From Candidatus Thalassarchaeaceae archaeon (GTDB lineage: Archaea > Thermoplasmatota > Poseidoniia > Poseidoniales > Thalassarchaeaceae): DNA of 32,000 bases. A program made the position numbers and the translations under genes. Location of the stretch: the NCBI GenBank assembly GCA_045568075.1, contig JBJLBP010000001.1, forward strand, positions 840,001-872,000, read 5' to 3'. The notes below the pieces were generated by a model. That model was not told the origin of the DNA. It did not search any database and saw nothing but the letters and a program-made list of their open reading frames with translations. Below, in pieces: positions 25,912 through 32,000 of the stretch. The stretch's first letter is position 1, and every line of letters begins with the position of its first letter.

Positions 25912-26183
25912 TGTCGTCGATTCCAAAGCGCATTAAGCAGCAGGCTATGGATCGCGACCTCATCATCTCGGTCAGGATTGGCAGAAATGGTTTGACTGAC
26001 TCTCTAGTCCAAGAGATGCAAGACCAATTGAGCAAACGAGGCCTTGTCAAGGTCAAAGCGAACAGAGGTATTGTCGAGGGCTCTGATGAGCGTCTCGGGC
26101 TATTCGGTGCAATAGCCGAAAGTACCAATTCACAAGTTGTTTTCCAGCGAGGAAACGTCGCGGTTTTCTGGTCTGGTGAATGA
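25908..26183 (+). CDS. CRM-domain (YhbY/CRS1-like) RNA-binding protein
   Basis: SVRIGRNGLTDSLVQEMQDQLSKRGLVKVK matches the YhbY core (iGknGlt...i..aL..hELiKVk). The ATG overlaps the rnp4 stop (ATGA). GGAGGA lies at 25899-25904. The second ATG at 25911 is an equally plausible start. Confidence 0.8.
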   Translation: MMSSIPKRIKQQAMDRDLIISVRIGRNGLTDSLVQEMQDQLSKRGLVKVKANRGIVEGSDERLGLFGAIAESTNSQVVFQRGNVAVFWSGE

Positions 26184-26254
26184 GGTCTAATCATAGGTGA
26201 TTTCGGGCCCTTCCGATAGTGAGTTATTTAGACACCTCAAAGGTCGGCGAGTCA

Positions 26255-27673
26255 ATGATTACCGATGCCCAGGTCGTTCTCGCGATCTTCGTTCTCTCTT
26301 TTGCCTTGATTTTGTCTGAGGTAGTGCATCGTACAATCGCTGCCTGGTTTGGTTCCGTTCTGATGCTTCTTTACGGTCATGCGACCGGCGTATTTCACCT
26401 CCACGAGGTCTTCGATAGCACTGGTGTGTTGACCAAAACCTACACTCTAGAACACACGATGCTTGGTTGGATAGAATTCGAGGTAATCGGGCTACTGCTT
26501 GGTATGATGATCTTTGCATCAATTCTCGAACTCTGTGGTTTCTTCGAATATGTTGCTATCAAGGCCTCAAAGATGAGTGGTGGAGATCCTTGGAAACTCA
26601 TCGTGCTTCTAGGTACTTTCACAACGCTAATCTCATTGGTTATAGACAACGTCACAGCGATTATTATTATCGCTCCCGTTACCCTGAGAATATGCAATAA
26701 GCTGGAGATTAATCCAGTGCCTCCACTTCTAGCCGAAGCTATTCTCTCTGATACTGGTGGAGTGGCTTCGATGGTCGGTGATCCACCAAATGTGATGATT
26801 GCCGCACAGGCTCATGGAATGCCCGAGATTGCCGACTCGTTCGGCTTCAATGGCTTTCTATTCCGCCTTGGCATAATGACCCTTCTCGCTTGGGTTATTA
26901 CCTTGAGTTACTTCCGATGGTATTACCGAGAATGGTCCTTACAGAAGCCACCACACGTTGACCTGCTAATGGAAGAGGACGAGTGGGACGCAATCTCAGA
27001 CAAGAGGCTGATGACCTCGACTTTGGTTATACTCGGTCTAACCGTTGTGATGTTCTCCGCCAAGGAGTTCCTGCACCTAGATGTCGAGATTCATGCCATC
27101 GCTATGGGTGGTGCTGGATTTGCTCTGATTGCAGCACGCCCACATGAAGAGGAATTACGCGAGGGTTTCATCAACGACGTCGTCGACAAGGTAGAATGGC
27201 AAGCACTGTTGTTCTTCGCCGGCCTATTCCTATTAGTCGGTGCAGTCGGTGATGTTGGCTATCTTGAAAAATTAGCGAATTGGATCTTCGAAAACTTCGG
27301 CTCCGACGAGGTTCTTCTTGCTGTCGCTATCATTTGGGTATCGGCTATCGCTAGCGCTCTGATTGACAACATTCCATTCACTGCGGCGATGATACCGGTC
27401 ATCGTTAGCATCACTGAGGCGAGCGAGGCCACCGGAGATCCAATTTCCGCTGCTCCACTCTTCTGGGCACTCGCGATGGGTGCTGGTTTCGGTGGTAATG
27501 CAACTCCTATCGGCTCTAGTGCGAATGTGATGGCCGTGGCTATCAGCGAGCGCGGCCCATATCCGATCACCACCAAGGAATGGATACGAGCTGGATTGCC
27601 TGTTATGTTCATCACTTGCGCCGTGGCGACTGTTTTCATGATTGTATTCCACGGAACTTTGTACTCCTCCTAA
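26255..27673 (+). CDS. ArsB/NhaD-family (ion transporter superfamily) permease
   Basis: A polytopic membrane protein with family signatures DNVTAIIIIAPVT, SDTGGVASMVGDPPNVMI and GGNATPIGSSANVMA. The ORF opens at GTG 26219; ATG 26255 (MITDAQVV) is preferred. Substrate unknown. Confidence 0.85.
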   Translation: MITDAQVVLAIFVLSFALILSEVVHRTIAAWFGSVLMLLYGHATGVFHLHEVFDSTGVLTKTYTLEHTMLGWIEFEVIGLLLGMMIFASILELCGFFEYVAIKASKMSGGDPWKLIVLLGTFTTLISLVIDNVTAIIIIAPVTLRICNKLEINPVPPLLAEAILSDTGGVASMVGDPPNVMIAAQAHGMPEIADSFGFNGFLFRLGIMTLLAWVITLSYFRWYYREWSLQKPPHVDLLMEEDEWDAISDKRLMTSTLVILGLTVVMFSAKEFLHLDVEIHAIAMGGAGFALIAARPHEEELREGFINDVVDKVEWQALLFFAGLFLLVGAVGDVGYLEKLANWIFENFGSDEVLLAVAIIWVSAIASALIDNIPFTAAMIPVIVSITEASEATGDPISAAPLFWALAMGAGFGGNATPIGSSANVMAVAISERGPYPITTKEWIRAGLPVMFITCAVATVFMIVFHGTLYSS

Positions 27674-27749
27674 ATGAGTTCAAGCATTTCTCTGACCGTT
27701 GAATGCACCTCGTGATCCGTCCGAGATACACAGGTGAGTCACCCAACCA

Positions 27750-28292
27750 ATGGGTGGCTGCACATTGCTGCGACAGCATCAAGCGATGAAGACTCGGGCA
27801 AGGGGTATGCTTGCTTGTCCTGTGTGCCACATGGTGCTCAGCGCGTCTGGTAACTGTCCACTCTGCGGCAGCGCTGTTCAGGATGATGAACGACCAGAGT
27901 TGCTTCCCACTGCGGCTTCGGAAGTGGGTATTCCATTTGGACTCGGAGAGACTACACAAAGTGAGGAGTTGAGTCATCTCCCCTTCGGAATCGATGATGC
28001 CCCAGAATCACCTCCTCAGAGCATCCAGGAAGCTAACAACCCCTCTTCGCGCCCCAACCTACCCTTCGGAATCGATGACGCCCCAAGCGTCTCTAGCGCC
28101 ACATTTCTGGACTCTGAGGGCGGGAGCGACCCTCTAATCGAACCTAATTCTAGTCCGTTACTCTTCGGCCTTGATGAAGCACCCCCCGAAAACACTCATA
28201 ATTCCGGAGAAAAGGCACCTGTGGAGAGCCGGAATCCATCCCTAAAATTGCCCTATGGAATAGACCATATGCATCATACTCCTATCGATTGA
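27750..28292 (+). CDS. Zinc-ribbon protein with five spaced [LI]-P-[FY]-G-[IL]-D motifs in a disordered acidic/Pro-rich tail
   Basis: N-terminal CPVCHMVLSASGNCPLCG (CxxC-x9-CxxC). The motifs follow in order: IPFGLGE, LPFGIDDAP, LPFGIDDAP, LLFGLDEAP, LPYGIDH. AGGTGA lies 12 nt upstream of ATG 27750; alternative ATGs at 27786 and 27807. The antisense ORF 27636..27977 is less protein-like. Confidence 0.6.
   Translation: MGGCTLLRQHQAMKTRARGMLACPVCHMVLSASGNCPLCGSAVQDDERPELLPTAASEVGIPFGLGETTQSEELSHLPFGIDDAPESPPQSIQEANNPSSRPNLPFGIDDAPSVSSATFLDSEGGSDPLIEPNSSPLLFGLDEAPPENTHNSGEKAPVESRNPSLKLPYGIDHMHHTPID
27978..28085 (+). repeat. Near-identical 27-nt direct repeat (CTNCCCTTCGGAATCGATGAYGCCCCA) with 81-nt period, inside the CDS
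   Basis: Copy 1 is at 27978-28004 and copy 2 at 28059-28085. They differ at 2 positions, and both encode LPFGIDDAP. Confidence 0.85.
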
Positions 28293-28533
28293 CCGAATCC
28301 GGCTCTCAATACTGCGTTCTCGACCCACCTAGGGCGACCCGCGTAGTTCATATAGCGAAGGTAGGTCGCACGCCTGCTTTTGGTGCACCCTTGTATGGGC
28401 ACATACAGGGGGAAGTGGTCGAGAACGCTCCGCCCCGCGGGGAGACGGAGTGTTCTGAGAGACCAGATAGAATCGATATGCCTGGACACCAGAGGAGACG
28501 ACTGAACATGTGTTCAGTCCTCACAAAAATAGT

Positions 28534-28555
28534 AAAAATAGTGGGTATGTAGAAA
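28534..28555 (+). promoter_or_regulatory. 5' strand of the putative 23S pre-rRNA processing stem
   Basis: AAAAATAGTGGGTATGTAGAAA is partly complementary to 31445-31470 (TTTCTACTTGCCCACACCATATTTTT). The pairing blocks are GTAGAAA/TTTCTAC, GTGGG/CCCAC and AAAAATA/TATTTTT, with internal bulges as expected for an archaeal processing helix. Confidence 0.5.
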
Positions 28556-28557
28556 TA

Positions 28558-31443
<2,886 letters not shown>

Positions 31444-31444
31444 C

Positions 31445-31470
31445 TTTCTACTTGCCCACACCATATTTTT
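31445..31470 (+). promoter_or_regulatory. 3' strand of the putative 23S pre-rRNA processing stem
   Basis: Complementary blocks to 28534-28555 (see that feature). It also contains a local alternative hairpin CCCAC...GTGGG (31455-31475). Confidence 0.5.
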
Positions 31471-31527
31471 GTGGGCCTCTGTCCAATAGGCATTTCGATT
31501 CTATCACCAAACACATTCGAAAGAGAG

Positions 31528-31651
31528 TTGTGCACGGCCAAAGCGGAGGGGTAATACCCGGTCCCATATCGAACCCGGAAGTCAAGTCCTCCTGCGTCGT
31601 ATTCTGTACTGTGGTGCGAGAGCCCACGGGAACTTGCGTCGCTGTGCCACT
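31528..31651 (+). rRNA. rrf: 5S ribosomal RNA
   Basis: GCACGGCCAAAGCGGAGGGGTAATACCCGGTCCCATATCGAACCCGGAAGTCAAGTCCTCCTGCGT...GTACTGTGGTGCGAGAGCCCACGGGAA...GCTGTGCCAC matches archaeal 5S consensus blocks. The terminal helix pairs, and the flanking AAAGAGAG (31520-31527) / CTCTCTTT (31651-31658) extend it. Ends +/- 3 nt. Confidence 0.9.
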
Positions 31652-31726
31652 CTCTTTCACCCTCCCCGCATCAAACTTCATTCACTATTGGCGAAGCCAT
31701 ACCTATTGAGAGACGCAGGTGATTGA

Positions 31727-32000
31727 ATGGGAATATCGACTGGAGACATACTCGGACATGCCCAAGTTGGCGTCTATCTGAGCGTCGTGGGCGATGTTCT
31801 ATTCTATCCAACCTCGCTTGATAAGCCGGCAGTTGACGAGTTGGCTTCTGCCTTTGAAAAAATGGAGATGTATCCTTGTCTTATTGGAGGTTCAGCTCTG
31901 CTCGGATCACTGGTTCGAGGGAATTCCAAAGGGCTCGCAGTCGCTGACATCGCGACTGAATCTGATCTTGATGAATTGAGCAGTTTCGGTGACCTCGTCG
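31727..32000 (+). CDS. Hypothetical protein, 5' partial (runs off the window end; absent from the supplied ORF track)
   Basis: ATG 31727 is preceded by GCAGGTGATTGA (GGTGA SD-like, 5-nt spacer). The frame stays open for 91 codons to the window end: MGISTGDILGHAQVGVYLSVVGDVLFYPTSLDKPAVDELASAFEKMEMYPCLIGGSALLGSLVRGNSKGLAVADIATESDLDELSSFGDLV. Its composition is more protein-like than the overlapping tracked ORF 31794..31979. Confidence 0.45.
   Translation, partial: MGISTGDILGHAQVGVYLSVVGDVLFYPTSLDKPAVDELASAFEKMEMYPCLIGGSALLGSLVRGNSKGLAVADIATESDLDELSSFGDLV

Noticed and set aside
28274-28552. Tracked ORFs 28274..28489 (-) and 28289..28552 (+) lie between the zinc-ribbon gene and the 23S.
   Set aside because: They lie in the rRNA leader and are dominated by hairpins and palindromes. 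They have no SD motif, and their translations are Arg/Gly-rich with implausible composition. Treated as non-coding leader.

Overview
The window looks like an archaeal chromosomal segment, most likely from a Thermoplasmatota / Marine Group II-like euryarchaeote. That placement is an inference from gene content, not a database hit. Archaeal-type housekeeping genes are present: uS15 (S13e type), archaeosine synthase ArcS, GluRS, RNase HII, PheRS beta, type II GAPDH, RNase P Rpp21 and a CRM/YhbY protein. They sit alongside bacterial-type DnaJ and adenylate kinase and an ArsB/NhaD-family permease. The 3' end carries a 23S-5S rRNA unit with no 16S gene anywhere in the 28.5 kb upstream. Large acidic exported proteins are interspersed among these genes: a 1612-aa subtilisin-like protease, a 945-aa SGNH-esterase-like surface protein, a 670-aa surface protein and a secreted/membrane protein pair. 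I found no CRISPR array, transposase, integrase, tRNA or recognisable defence genes. The items most worth follow-up are: (1) a zinc-ribbon protein with five spaced LPFGIDDAP-like short motifs; (2) a glutamate-synthase-like protein with reversed domain order (GXGXG domain first, then a degenerate FMN-domain-like region), tightly coupled to pheT; (3) a 290-aa protein next to rps15 that resembles a DHH/RecJ-Cdc45 fold with every catalytic motif substituted; (4) exported or membrane proteins that end in cytoplasmic zinc ribbons or long cytoplasmic tails. All functional calls rest on motifs I could read in the translations. No searches were run.
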